NCBI GenBank assembly: GCA_035493135.1 | Contig: DATJIR010000380.1 | Location: forward strand, 4,501-68,500 | Length of the DNA: 64,000 nt | Direction of reading: 5' to 3' | DNA from: Verrucomicrobiia bacterium | GTDB taxonomy: Bacteria > Methylomirabilota > Methylomirabilia > Rokubacteriales > CSP1-6 | Part shown: piece by piece, positions 1 through 7,556 of the stretch | Position numbering within the stretch: position 1 is the first letter of the stretch | Layout of the letters: the number at the start of each line of letters is the position of its first letter | Made by a program: the position numbers and the translations under genes | The notes under the pieces: generated by a model | What the model was told of the DNA's origin: nothing | What the model saw: only the letters and a program-made list of their open reading frames with translations | The model's database searches: none

Positions 1-218
1 ACCTGCGCGTGAGGGACGTGATGACGTGGGCGGTGGTCACGACGGGTCCGGAGACCCCGGTGCTCTCGGCGGCCCTCATCATGTTCGAGAGCCGGGTGGG
101 CAGCCTGCCGGTCATCGAGCGCGGACGGCTCGTCGGCCTGCTCACGGAGCAAGACGTGCTGAAGGCCCTCATGATGGAAGGGAAGGTCGCCGAGTTCGTC
201 GGCGGCTACATGTGGTAG
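1..218 (+). CDS. CBS-domain protein, C-terminal fragment (5' end outside the window)
   Basis: The frame is open to the window edge and ends at TAG 216-218. GSLPVIERGRLVGLLTEQDVLKAL is a typical CBS repeat. Third-position G/C bias is strong. Confidence 0.7.
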   Translation, partial: LRVRDVMTWAVVTTGPETPVLSAALIMFESRVGSLPVIERGRLVGLLTEQDVLKALMMEGKVAEFVGGYMW

Positions 219-240
219 CGGCGGGGCACAGGAGGACGCG

Positions 241-438
241 ATGGCAAAGGCGAAGGGCGGGGCGTCTCGCTCCAGCAAGGCGGGTCGACCGCCCGAGACG
301 CGGGCGGTGGCTCCGCGCGTCGCGCGGCGGATGAAGAGTGCCCGGGCCGCCTTCCGCAAGGACACCACGATTCACCAGGCCGCCCAGGGGCCGCGCGTGC
401 TGTGGGGTGTCACCAAGCCCAAGGTCAAGAAGGGGTAG
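241..438 (+). CDS. small basic hypothetical protein (65 aa, K/R-rich)
   Basis: ATG 241 has AGGAGG 5 nt upstream. Most third positions are G/C. No family recognised. Confidence 0.45.
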   Translation: MAKAKGGASRSSKAGRPPETRAVAPRVARRMKSARAAFRKDTTIHQAAQGPRVLWGVTKPKVKKG

Positions 439-450
439 GTCCTCCCGGAT

Positions 451-963
451 CTACCACTTCACGTCCCGCACCCCGACCCAGTGGCCCGCGTGGCTCACCA
501 GGATGTGTCCCGAGGCGCTCACGAGCAGGATGATCGCCACGTCGGCCCACGACAGGGCCGCCTGGCGCCCGACCAGAATGAGCGCCCCGAGCACGAAGTC
601 CACCTGATCCCACGGGAGCCAGGGCTTGCCCGGGGCGATGCCCAGCCGGCGCTTCACGAAGCTCTTCGCGGCGTCGCCCCCCATGGCCCCCGCGCCGAAT
701 CGAAGACCGAGCGCGATCCAGTGGTCGTACGCGACGAGCCCGCCCGGCCAGGCGATGCGCGACTGGGCGAGGGTGACGACGACCGCCGCGAGGACGCCCG
801 CCCCGAAGCCGACGACGGTCTTGTGGCTGCCGAGCCACCGCTCGCTGATCGGCCGGTTCCATCCCCTCCAGTAGCGGACCAGGGGCGGCGTCATGTTGGC
901 GACGTAGGCCGGTGCCATCAGGTACGCGAGTCGGGCGCCGCGCGACAGGCAGGCGGTGAGCAT
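451..963 (-). CDS. CDP-archaeol synthase (CarS, DUF46)-like membrane cytidylyltransferase
   Basis: GGDAAKSFVKRRLGIAPGKPWLPWDQVDF and the C-terminal ...RDVKW match, from memory, the CarS signature GDxxxSFxKRRxG...DQ and the ...VPW end of archaeal CarS. Several hydrophobic segments are present. Start set at ATG 963 (ATG 918 is also possible). The ORF extension to 1158 is R/P-rich and looks non-coding. Confidence 0.7.
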   Translation of the reverse strand: MLTACLSRGARLAYLMAPAYVANMTPPLVRYWRGWNRPISERWLGSHKTVVGFGAGVLAAVVVTLAQSRIAWPGGLVAYDHWIALGLRFGAGAMGGDAAKSFVKRRLGIAPGKPWLPWDQVDFVLGALILVGRQAALSWADVAIILLVSASGHILVSHAGHWVGVRDVKW

Positions 964-1107
964 GGGGCGGGGGCAGCTTGCCACGCCCGATCCGAAAGGG
1001 CCAGCCGTGGCGCGGCGGACCCACGAGAGGCGGCGGTGCCTCGCCGGGCCGATCTCGTGGGAGGCGACGAGATCGCCAGGCCACCGATTTCCCTGGCCTT
1101 TCCTTCC

Positions 1108-1123
1108 CGGCATCGCGCATGCA
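1108..1123 (+). promoter_or_regulatory. possible weak sigma-54 type -24/-12 element (CGGCATcgcgcATGCA)
   Basis: GG and GC have the canonical spacing, with three mismatches to TGGCAC-N5-TTGCA. The -12 C lies 55 nt upstream of the USP ATG at 1177. Confidence 0.3.
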
Positions 1124-1176
1124 CTCGATTGTCCGGGAATGAATAATTTCGCCGACACCCTCTACGGGAGGAGACG

Positions 1177-1653
1177 ATGTACAAGCGTGCACTGGTAGCA
1201 CTCGATGGCTCCCCGGTGGCCGAGACCATCATCCCATTCATCCTGGACATCGCCGGGCCTCTGGACCTCGAGGTGATCCTCCTCCGCGTCCTCCAGCCGC
1301 TCCCGCCGGTCGTGGTCGATGGCGCGGCGTACGTCCCGGTCGAAGACCCCGTGGCGGAACGGATCGACGCGCAGGAATATCTCGCCCCGGTGGCGATCGA
1401 GCTTCGGAACAAGGGCGTGCGCGCCACGACCGAGGTACGCAGCGGCGACCCGGCCCAGGAGATCGTGGCGGCGGCGCGTGAAGCCGGAGCCGATCTCATC
1501 GCGATGTCCACTCACGGGCGCGGCGGCCTGGGACGCCTGATCTTCGGGTCGGTGGCCGAGGCGGTACTGCGTGAGGCGGAGATCCCGGTATTCCTGCTGC
1601 GGACCACGGAAGCCGAGGTGGCGAGCCGCCGCCGGCGTGAAGCCGTGACGTGA
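1177..1653 (+). CDS. universal stress protein (UspA family)
   Basis: MYKRALVALDGS... and ...AMSTHGRGGLGRLIFGSVAEAVLREAEIPVFLL are USP hallmarks. GGAGGAG lies upstream of the ATG. Confidence 0.9.
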   Translation: MYKRALVALDGSPVAETIIPFILDIAGPLDLEVILLRVLQPLPPVVVDGAAYVPVEDPVAERIDAQEYLAPVAIELRNKGVRATTEVRSGDPAQEIVAAAREAGADLIAMSTHGRGGLGRLIFGSVAEAVLREAEIPVFLLRTTEAEVASRRRREAVT

Positions 1654-1666
1654 CGGCACGCCCGGC

Positions 1667-2236
1667 TCATCCCGCCGGCAGGGTCTTCCGAAGCGCGGAG
1701 GCGGCCGCCACGAGCAGCACGCCGAAGGCGAGCGCGTAGACGCCGAGGGTGGACACGACCGGCGGCTCCCCGGCGTGGGGCAGGACGAGGATGATCACGG
1801 CCAGGAACAGCGAGAACACCCCGCCGGTCGCCAGCAGCCAGTAGCCGGCTCCCCGACGGGGCAGGCGGACCGCGGCGGTGATCTCCAGGATCCCGGTGAG
1901 AAGGCCCCAGGTGGCGATGGCGAGCACGAGCTCGCGGGGCACGAGCGGCCACACGAGCGCGAGCCCGCCCACCGCGACACTCACCGCGCCTTCGAACAGG
2001 ACGGGCCACGCCGCGAACCACGTCCGCGTGACCCACAGCGCCGACGCGATCGCCCAGGCGCCGTCCAGCAGCGCGTAGGCGCCGAAGAGCGCCACCAGCA
2101 GGTTCAGGGAGGTGGCCGGGCGGAGCAGGAGCAGGGCGCCGAACAGGATCGCGAGCGCGCCCCTGGCACCGATCATCCACCAGTTCTTGCCGAGCGTGAC
2201 GAGAAGAGCGTGCCCGTCGGGCCTAGCGTTGATCAT
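1667..2236 (-). CDS. HdeD/DUF308 family membrane protein
   Basis: N-terminal ...GKNWWMIGARGALAILFGALLLL plus six hydrophobic helices are typical of HdeD-like proteins. It overlaps the stop of the upstream gene by 14 nt. Confidence 0.8.
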   Translation of the reverse strand: MINARPDGHALLVTLGKNWWMIGARGALAILFGALLLLRPATSLNLLVALFGAYALLDGAWAIASALWVTRTWFAAWPVLFEGAVSVAVGGLALVWPLVPRELVLAIATWGLLTGILEITAAVRLPRRGAGYWLLATGGVFSLFLAVIILVLPHAGEPPVVSTLGVYALAFGVLLVAAASALRKTLPAG

Positions 2237-5072
2237 CTCGGTCTCCGGGTTGGGGTGAGAGGATCTGGTGGTGGTCGACGGCCGGCTCGGTCGAGCGGCG
2301 GACGATCTCGGCCCGGGTACGGTCGCGCAGCCGCACCATGGCCGGCCAGCCGTCGTGCTCGGGCACGATCGGGGCGCCGACCGCCAGCGTGACCGGCCCG
2401 GGGCGCGGGAGCCAGCTGCCGTCGGGCAGGATCTCGCGGGTGCCCCTGATCGTGACCGGGATGACCGGGCAGCCGGTCTCCACCGCCGCCTTGAAGCCGC
2501 CCAGGCGGAACGGCAGGATGCCCGGCGCGCGCACGAACGTGCCCTCGGGGAACACCAGCACCGAAAGGCCGTCGTGGAGCGCGCGGGTGACCCTCAGGGC
2601 GTCGGTCACGCTCCGGGAGCTCGGCCCGCGCTCCACGGTCAGGTGTCCGACCTTGCCGATGATGCGTCCCACGACCGGCGCGGCGGCGAGCTCTTGCTTG
2701 GCCACGAACCGGAACGGGACCGACAGGGCCGCGAGGAGGACGACGACGTCCAGGTAGCTCCCGTGGTTGGCGGCCAGCACGAGCGGTCCGGGCGCGGTGA
2801 GATGTTCGGCTCCCTCCAGACGAAGCGAGCAACCGGAGGCCGCGAGCATCAGGCGACACCAGCCTCGGACCATGCGATCGGCCGCGGAGCCGGTCGGGGC
2901 GAGGCGCACCGCCAGCCAGAGTGGCGGAACGGTGAGCAGGAGCAGCGAGCCCAGGTAGCCGGCGCGGACGAGAGCGGGCAGCCGGCCGGCGGCCCGGATC
3001 GCCCGTGCTCCGAGATCGCGCAGGAGGAGGCGTGCCCATTGCGCCGCGACCGTCCGACCCGGCCGGCCGAGGCCGCCCGCCAGGTAGACGGCGCGCGTCG
3101 CGCTGCGCCGGACCTTGCCGCTGGAGGTCTTGAGCACGGCGTGGGGGTCCGCGATCACGACCACGTCGGCCGGGATCCCGAGCGCGGCCACCACCCGGTC
3201 CAGCACCGCAGCTCGCAGCTGCTCGCGCTCGGGCCGCGGGCGCGTCCGGGTCTCCGCGACGACCACCAGCCGCTCGGTGCCCACGCTCGGGTCGTGGACG
3301 CCGAAGGCCGCCACGCAGCCCTTCCGGATGCCCGGGACGGCGCCCACGATGTCCTCGACCTCCTGCGGATACAGATTGCGTCCGGCCTTGATGATGAGGT
3401 CCTTCTGCCGCCCGGTGACGTACAGCTCGCCGTCGGCCCAGTAGCCCAGGTCTCCCGAATCCATCCACCCCTCGTGACGCGCCGCCCGCGTCGCGGCCGG
3501 GTTGCGCCAGTAGCCCTCCGTGACCGACGGGCCACGGAACTCGATCCGGCCCTCGACCCGCTCGCCCAGGGTCCGACCCGCCCGATCGAGCACGCGTACC
3601 TCGTGTCGGGGCAGGGGCGGGCCGCACGACACGAAGGACAGCGGCGCTCGCTCCTCCCGAGAGGCGGGGACCGCCTGGCCCGCCTCCTGGAAGGCGGCCC
3701 GGGCGATCGTGTCGACACGGGGAGCCCCCGGTGGCGGGATGGTGAGAGCCACCGAGGCCTCGGCGAGCCCGTAGACCGGGCACATCGCGCTCGCCTTGAA
3801 CCCCCGCGGGCCGAACCGCCGCGTGAACCGGTCGATCGTCGCCGGGCTGACCGGCTCCGAGCCGTTGAGCGCCAGGCGCCACGACGACAGGTCGAGGCCC
3901 CCGACCTCCTCGTCGGTCAGCCGGCGGGCGCACAGATCGAAGGCGAAGTTGGGGGCGGCGGAGACGGTGGCCCGGTGGGCGTGAATGGCCTGCAGCCATC
4001 GGGCCGGCCGGGCGAGAAAAGCCAGCGGGGACAGGATCGCGATCGGGATGCCGAAGTACAGGGCACCCAGCCAGGATCCGATCAGCCCCATGTCGTGGTA
4101 GAGCGGCAGCCAGCTCGCCGCGACGTCGTCGGGGCGCACCCGGATGGCCTCGCCGATGGCCCGGATGTTCTCGAGCAGGTTCCCGTGGGAGAGCAGCACG
4201 CCCTTGGGCTCTCCGGTGCTGCCCGAGGTGTACTGGATCAACGCCGGGTCGCCCGGCCCCCCTCGCGCGGTGGCGGCGACCCCATGGGGGCGCGCCAGAT
4301 CGGGGGAAGCCACGACGTGCCGGAGCGACGGCACACGGGAGCGGAGCAGCGTGGCCACCCGCATGGCCTCCGGGAAGGTGATGATCGTCCGCGCGGCTGC
4401 GTTTCGCAGGATGCCGACCTGGCGGCGGGCGTAGTCCTCGATCAGGTCGCGCCGGAAGGGCGGGTAGATGGGCACCGGCACCGCGCCGGCCAGCAGGACA
4501 CCGAAGAAGGCGTGGAAGAAGGCCTCCTCGGTCCTGAGCATGATCGCCACCGTGTCCCCCCGACCGATTCTGCGCTCTCGCAGAGAGGCGGCGACTCCTT
4601 GCGCTCGCTGCCAGAGCGAGCCATAGGTGATCGGCTGCTCCTTTCCGTCCTCGTCCCGGAGGAAGATGTGGACCCGCTCGGGTGAGGCCTGGGCGTGCCA
4701 GTCGAGCGCCTCGACCAGCGATCGCGCTCCCGCCGGCGCCGGCCTGGCCTCGCCGACCGGCGAGCGCGGCGGCAGCACGGCCTCGACGCCGGGCGGCTCG
4801 GCACCCTGGATGGCGGTGACCAAATCGCGCGGCGTGACGGCCTCCGCCATCACCGCGTCGGGCAGACGTACTCCGTAGCGCTGCTCGAGGCGCACCAGCA
4901 GCTCGACCCGCTCGAGGCTGCCGATGCCCAGGTCGCGATCGAGCGCGTCGTCGAGCCCGACCGGCCGGTCGCCAGACCGGCCGCCGAGCTCGTCGACGAG
5001 CCCGGAGACGATGCCGAGGACGTCGCGCGCGACGGCCCGCGGGTCCTGCCCGATCGCGTCCGTGGCCAGCAC
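2223..5072 (-). CDS. tri-domain lipid enzyme: carrier-protein domain + fatty acyl-AMP/ACP ligase + membrane anchor + PlsC-type acyltransferase (Aas-like, permuted)
   Basis: The N-terminus LDRDLGIGSLERVELLVRLEQ is an ACP-like Ser site. YTSGSTGEPKGV and GWMDSGDLGY...GRQKDLIIKAGRN are AMP-binding motifs. A hydrophobic stretch LGSLLLLTVPPLWLAV follows. NHGSYLDVVVL (HX4D) and VFPEGT are the acyltransferase motifs. GTG start at 5072. Confidence 0.85.
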   Translation of the reverse strand: MLATDAIGQDPRAVARDVLGIVSGLVDELGGRSGDRPVGLDDALDRDLGIGSLERVELLVRLEQRYGVRLPDAVMAEAVTPRDLVTAIQGAEPPGVEAVLPPRSPVGEARPAPAGARSLVEALDWHAQASPERVHIFLRDEDGKEQPITYGSLWQRAQGVAASLRERRIGRGDTVAIMLRTEEAFFHAFFGVLLAGAVPVPIYPPFRRDLIEDYARRQVGILRNAAARTIITFPEAMRVATLLRSRVPSLRHVVASPDLARPHGVAATARGGPGDPALIQYTSGSTGEPKGVLLSHGNLLENIRAIGEAIRVRPDDVAASWLPLYHDMGLIGSWLGALYFGIPIAILSPLAFLARPARWLQAIHAHRATVSAAPNFAFDLCARRLTDEEVGGLDLSSWRLALNGSEPVSPATIDRFTRRFGPRGFKASAMCPVYGLAEASVALTIPPPGAPRVDTIARAAFQEAGQAVPASREERAPLSFVSCGPPLPRHEVRVLDRAGRTLGERVEGRIEFRGPSVTEGYWRNPAATRAARHEGWMDSGDLGYWADGELYVTGRQKDLIIKAGRNLYPQEVEDIVGAVPGIRKGCVAAFGVHDPSVGTERLVVVAETRTRPRPEREQLRAAVLDRVVAALGIPADVVVIADPHAVLKTSSGKVRRSATRAVYLAGGLGRPGRTVAAQWARLLLRDLGARAIRAAGRLPALVRAGYLGSLLLLTVPPLWLAVRLAPTGSAADRMVRGWCRLMLAASGCSLRLEGAEHLTAPGPLVLAANHGSYLDVVVLLAALSVPFRFVAKQELAAAPVVGRIIGKVGHLTVERGPSSRSVTDALRVTRALHDGLSVLVFPEGTFVRAPGILPFRLGGFKAAVETGCPVIPVTIRGTREILPDGSWLPRPGPVTLAVGAPIVPEHDGWPAMVRLRDRTRAEIVRRSTEPAVDHHQILSPQPGDRDDQR

Positions 5073-5091
5073 GGTCTCGCCGTGCCGAGCC

Positions 5092-5514
5092 CTACGAGGC
5101 CCGCCGCAGACCGGCCGAGAGGGCCCCGGCCATGTGCCCCATCTCGTTGCCGAGGAGCATGACCACGTCGTCCATCGTGATCACGCCGACCAGCACGCCG
5201 CTGGCGGTGACGACGGGGAGCCGGCGGACGCCGGTCTTGGCGAAGGTCCTGGCCGCGTCGAAGATCCCGAGATCCTGGCGAATCGTGACCGGCTTCTTGA
5301 CCATGACGTCGCCGACCCGGACCTCCTCCGGGTCCATCCCGCGGGCCACGACCTCGACCACGATGTCCCGGTCGGTCAGCATCCCGACCGGCCGTCCCGC
5401 GTTGACGACCACGAGAGCGCCCACGTTCTTGGAGCGCATCGCCCGCGCGGCCTGATCCACCGTCATCTGGGCCGATGCGGTCACAACTGGCTTGGTGCAG
5501 ATCTTCCCGAGCAT
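5092..5514 (-). CDS. CBS-pair domain protein
   Basis: It has two CBS repeats (VGALVVVNAGRPVGMLTDRDIV and VRRLPVVTASGVLVGVITMDDVV). AGGAGG lies upstream of ATG 5514. Confidence 0.9.
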   Translation of the reverse strand: MLGKICTKPVVTASAQMTVDQAARAMRSKNVGALVVVNAGRPVGMLTDRDIVVEVVARGMDPEEVRVGDVMVKKPVTIRQDLGIFDAARTFAKTGVRRLPVVTASGVLVGVITMDDVVMLLGNEMGHMAGALSAGLRRAS

Positions 5515-5555
5515 GGCACGCCTCCTGTGAGTGAGTGTGGGTCGCGTCAGGAGAG

Positions 5556-5571
5556 TGCAAGGCAGATGCCG
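5556..5571 (-). promoter_or_regulatory. sigma-54-like -24/-12 element (CGGCATctgccTTGCA on the minus strand)
   Basis: Two mismatches to consensus. The -12 C lies 43 nt upstream of the CBS ATG 5514. It is divergent from the hsp20 promoter and shares the dyads at 5613-5651. Confidence 0.4.
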
Positions 5572-5612
5572 ACAGAAATGCTCGGTATATCGGGCCTTCC
5601 GCGCCCGCCGGG

Positions 5613-5651
5613 CTGGGGCGGGCGAGCCTCACCGGGGCGCGCGCGCCTCGG
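5613..5651. promoter_or_regulatory. candidate enhancer (bEBP) sites: dyad CTGGGGCGggcgagCCTCAC plus adjacent dyad CCGGGGCGCGCGCGCCTCGG
   Basis: The same 20-bp element type occurs at 22448, 26563 and 33097. The first dyad starts exactly 90 bp upstream of the TGGCAC, as at the second hsp20 promoter. Confidence 0.5.
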
Positions 5652-5702
5652 CAAGCTGCCCGGACGCCGATGCCAAGCGGTTGAATTGGCGCGGTTTTCT
5701 TC

Positions 5703-5718
5703 TGGCACTCGCGATGCA
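5703..5718 (+). promoter_or_regulatory. sigma-54 promoter (TGGCACtcgcgATGCA)
   Basis: One mismatch to TGGCAC-N5-TTGCA. The -12 C lies 57 nt upstream of the hsp20 ATG 5774. Confidence 0.65.
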
Positions 5719-5773
5719 CCTAAAGCGGGGCGGGTAGGTCGACCGTAACGTTCCGACCACAGGAGGACCGACG

Positions 5774-6211
5774 ATGCGCGCGTTGATGCCGTGGACGGGG
5801 ATGACGGGCCTGAAGCAGGAGATGGACCGGATGTTCGACCGGTTCTTCGAGAGCAAGTGGGACGAGTTCCCCGCGCTCGGGGAGTGGGCGCCCAGCATGG
5901 ACATCTCGGAGACCAAGGACAGCCTGGTGGCCAAGATCGAGGCGCCGGGCATGCAGGAGAAGGACATCCAGGTCTCGCTCCAGGAGAACCTCCTGACCAT
6001 CAAGGGCGAGAAGAAGCAGGAGAAGGAAGAGAAGGACGAGCGGTATCACCGGGTGGAGCGGACCTACGGGTCCTTCACCCGCAGCGTGCGCCTGCCGGTG
6101 GCGGTGGACGCGAGCCGAGTGACCGCGAGCTTCAAGAACGGGCTGCTCACCGTGACCCTGCCCAAGACGCCGGCGGCCAAGGGCACGATGATCCCGATCA
6201 AGGCCGAGTAG
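5774..6211 (+). CDS. Hsp20/alpha-crystallin small heat-shock protein
   Basis: The alpha-crystallin core is ...PSMDISETKDSLVAKIEAPGM...LTIKGEKK...ERTYGSFTRSVRLP...NGLLTVTLPK. AGGAGG lies upstream. Confidence 0.95.
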   Translation: MRALMPWTGMTGLKQEMDRMFDRFFESKWDEFPALGEWAPSMDISETKDSLVAKIEAPGMQEKDIQVSLQENLLTIKGEKKQEKEEKDERYHRVERTYGSFTRSVRLPVAVDASRVTASFKNGLLTVTLPKTPAAKGTMIPIKAE

Positions 6212-6243
6212 CCAAGATCTAGAGAGCGGGAGGTGGTGCTCCG

Positions 6244-6915
6244 ATGCTGAGTGAGGACCGGGAGCGCATGGTCGCGACCCAGATCGAGGCCCGGGGCATC
6301 ACCGATCCGCTCGTCCTGGACGCGATGCGGGCCGTTCCGCGCGAGCGCTTCGTGCCCGCCTCGATGGCGCGGTTCGCCTACGACGACGGCCCGCTGCCGA
6401 TCGGCAAGGGCCAGACCATCTCGCAGCCGTACATCGTGGCGGTCATGACCGCGGCCGTCCGGATCAAGCCGGGTGAGCGGGCACTCGAGATCGGCACCGG
6501 CTCCGGCTACGGCGCGGCCGTCCTGTCCCGGATCGCGGGCGAGGTGTACACGGTCGAGCGGATCGGGGAGCTGGCCGAGGGGGCGCGCCGCCGGCTGGCC
6601 GCGCTCGGGTACGACAACGTCCACGTGCTCGAGGGCGACGGCAGCCTGGGCTGGCCCGAGCACGCTCCCTACGAGGCAATCCTGGTGACCGCGGGCGGGC
6701 CGCGCGTGCCCAAGGCGCTCCTGCACCAGCTCGCGGTGGGTGGCCGGCTGATCATGCCGGTGGGCACGGACCCGCATGGCCAGCGTCTCGTCCGGGTGAC
6801 CCGGACCGACGCGCACGAGTACGAGCACGAGAACCTGGAGTACGTGGCATTCGTCCCATTGATCGGCGCCGAGGGTTGGCCCGAGGGAGGCTCGACATGT
6901 ACAAGCACATCCTGA
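6244..6915 (+). CDS. pcm: protein-L-isoaspartate O-methyltransferase
   Basis: VPRERFVP, GQTISQPYIVAVMT and LEIGTGSGYGAAVLS are classic Pcm motifs. Confidence 0.9.
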   Translation: MLSEDRERMVATQIEARGITDPLVLDAMRAVPRERFVPASMARFAYDDGPLPIGKGQTISQPYIVAVMTAAVRIKPGERALEIGTGSGYGAAVLSRIAGEVYTVERIGELAEGARRRLAALGYDNVHVLEGDGSLGWPEHAPYEAILVTAGGPRVPKALLHQLAVGGRLIMPVGTDPHGQRLVRVTRTDAHEYEHENLEYVAFVPLIGAEGWPEGGSTCTSTS

Positions 6916-7334
6916 TCCCCACCGATGGCTCCGCGCTGTCCGAGATGGCGATCCGCCAGGGTATCGCCCTCGCCAAGAGCATGCAGGCCCGGGTGACCGC
7001 GATGACGGTCTCGATCCCGTTCCACGCCTTCTCCCTCGACCCGGTCATGGTGAGCGACACGCCCGGGCAGTACGAGAAGGACTGCGAGGCGCTGGCCGAG
7101 AAGTGTCTCGGATTGGCCAAGACCGAGGCGGGCCTCGCGGGCGTGCCCTGCGAGACGCTCCACGTCCGGGCGCCGCACCCCTACGAGGCGATCATCGACA
7201 CCGCCCGCAAGGGAGGCTGCGACCTGATCTTCATGGCCTCCCACGGGCGCAAGGGCATGTCGGCCCTCGTCCTGGGCAGCGAGACGGTCAAGGTGCTCAC
7301 CCACAGCAAGATCCCGGTGCTGGTCTGCCGGTGA
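6897..7334 (+). CDS. universal stress protein
   Basis: MYKHILIPTDGS... and ...MASHGRKGMSALVLGSETVKVLTHSKIPVLV. ATG 6897 has GGAGG 7 nt upstream. It overlaps the pcm 3' end. Confidence 0.9.
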   Translation: MYKHILIPTDGSALSEMAIRQGIALAKSMQARVTAMTVSIPFHAFSLDPVMVSDTPGQYEKDCEALAEKCLGLAKTEAGLAGVPCETLHVRAPHPYEAIIDTARKGGCDLIFMASHGRKGMSALVLGSETVKVLTHSKIPVLVCR

Positions 7335-7352
7335 GGGAGGCGACGACGCGCC

Positions 7353-7556
7353 ATGCCTGAGCTCTTCGTGATCGGCGATGAGACGACGCACGTCGTGGGC
7401 GACGCGAAGTGCCCGGAGTGCCTGGAGGAATACCCGGAGGTGTGCCCGTGCGGCGGGCTGATCCACGCCGCCTCGGGCGAGCAGGACGCGGGGGGGACCG
7501 ACTGGCCGGCGACCCGCTGCGACCACTGCGGCCGCTCCGAGGAGGAGCTCGACTGA
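7353..7556 (+). CDS. small acidic Cys-rich (zinc-ribbon-like) protein, 67 aa
   Basis: It carries CPEC...CPC...CDHC (six Cys). Nearly every third codon position is G/C, while the overlapping frame from ATG 7409 is R/G/P-rich. Confidence 0.55.
   Translation: MPELFVIGDETTHVVGDAKCPECLEEYPEVCPCGGLIHAASGEQDAGGTDWPATRCDHCGRSEEELD

Noticed and set aside
2233-4685. Long alternative-frame ORFs (2268-4685 plus strand, 2233-3999 minus strand) inside the acyl-ligase/acyltransferase gene
   Set aside because: They have no recognisable domains and extreme Arg/Pro/Gly content. The frame chosen for 2223-5072 contains AMP-binding and PlsC motifs.
7409-7552. ATG 7409 (or GTG near 7448) as the start of the ABC ATPase
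   Set aside because: That would add about 48 G/R/P-rich residues and overlap the Cys-rich ORF, whose frame has near-perfect GC3 bias. The MacB-like N-terminus begins at 7553.
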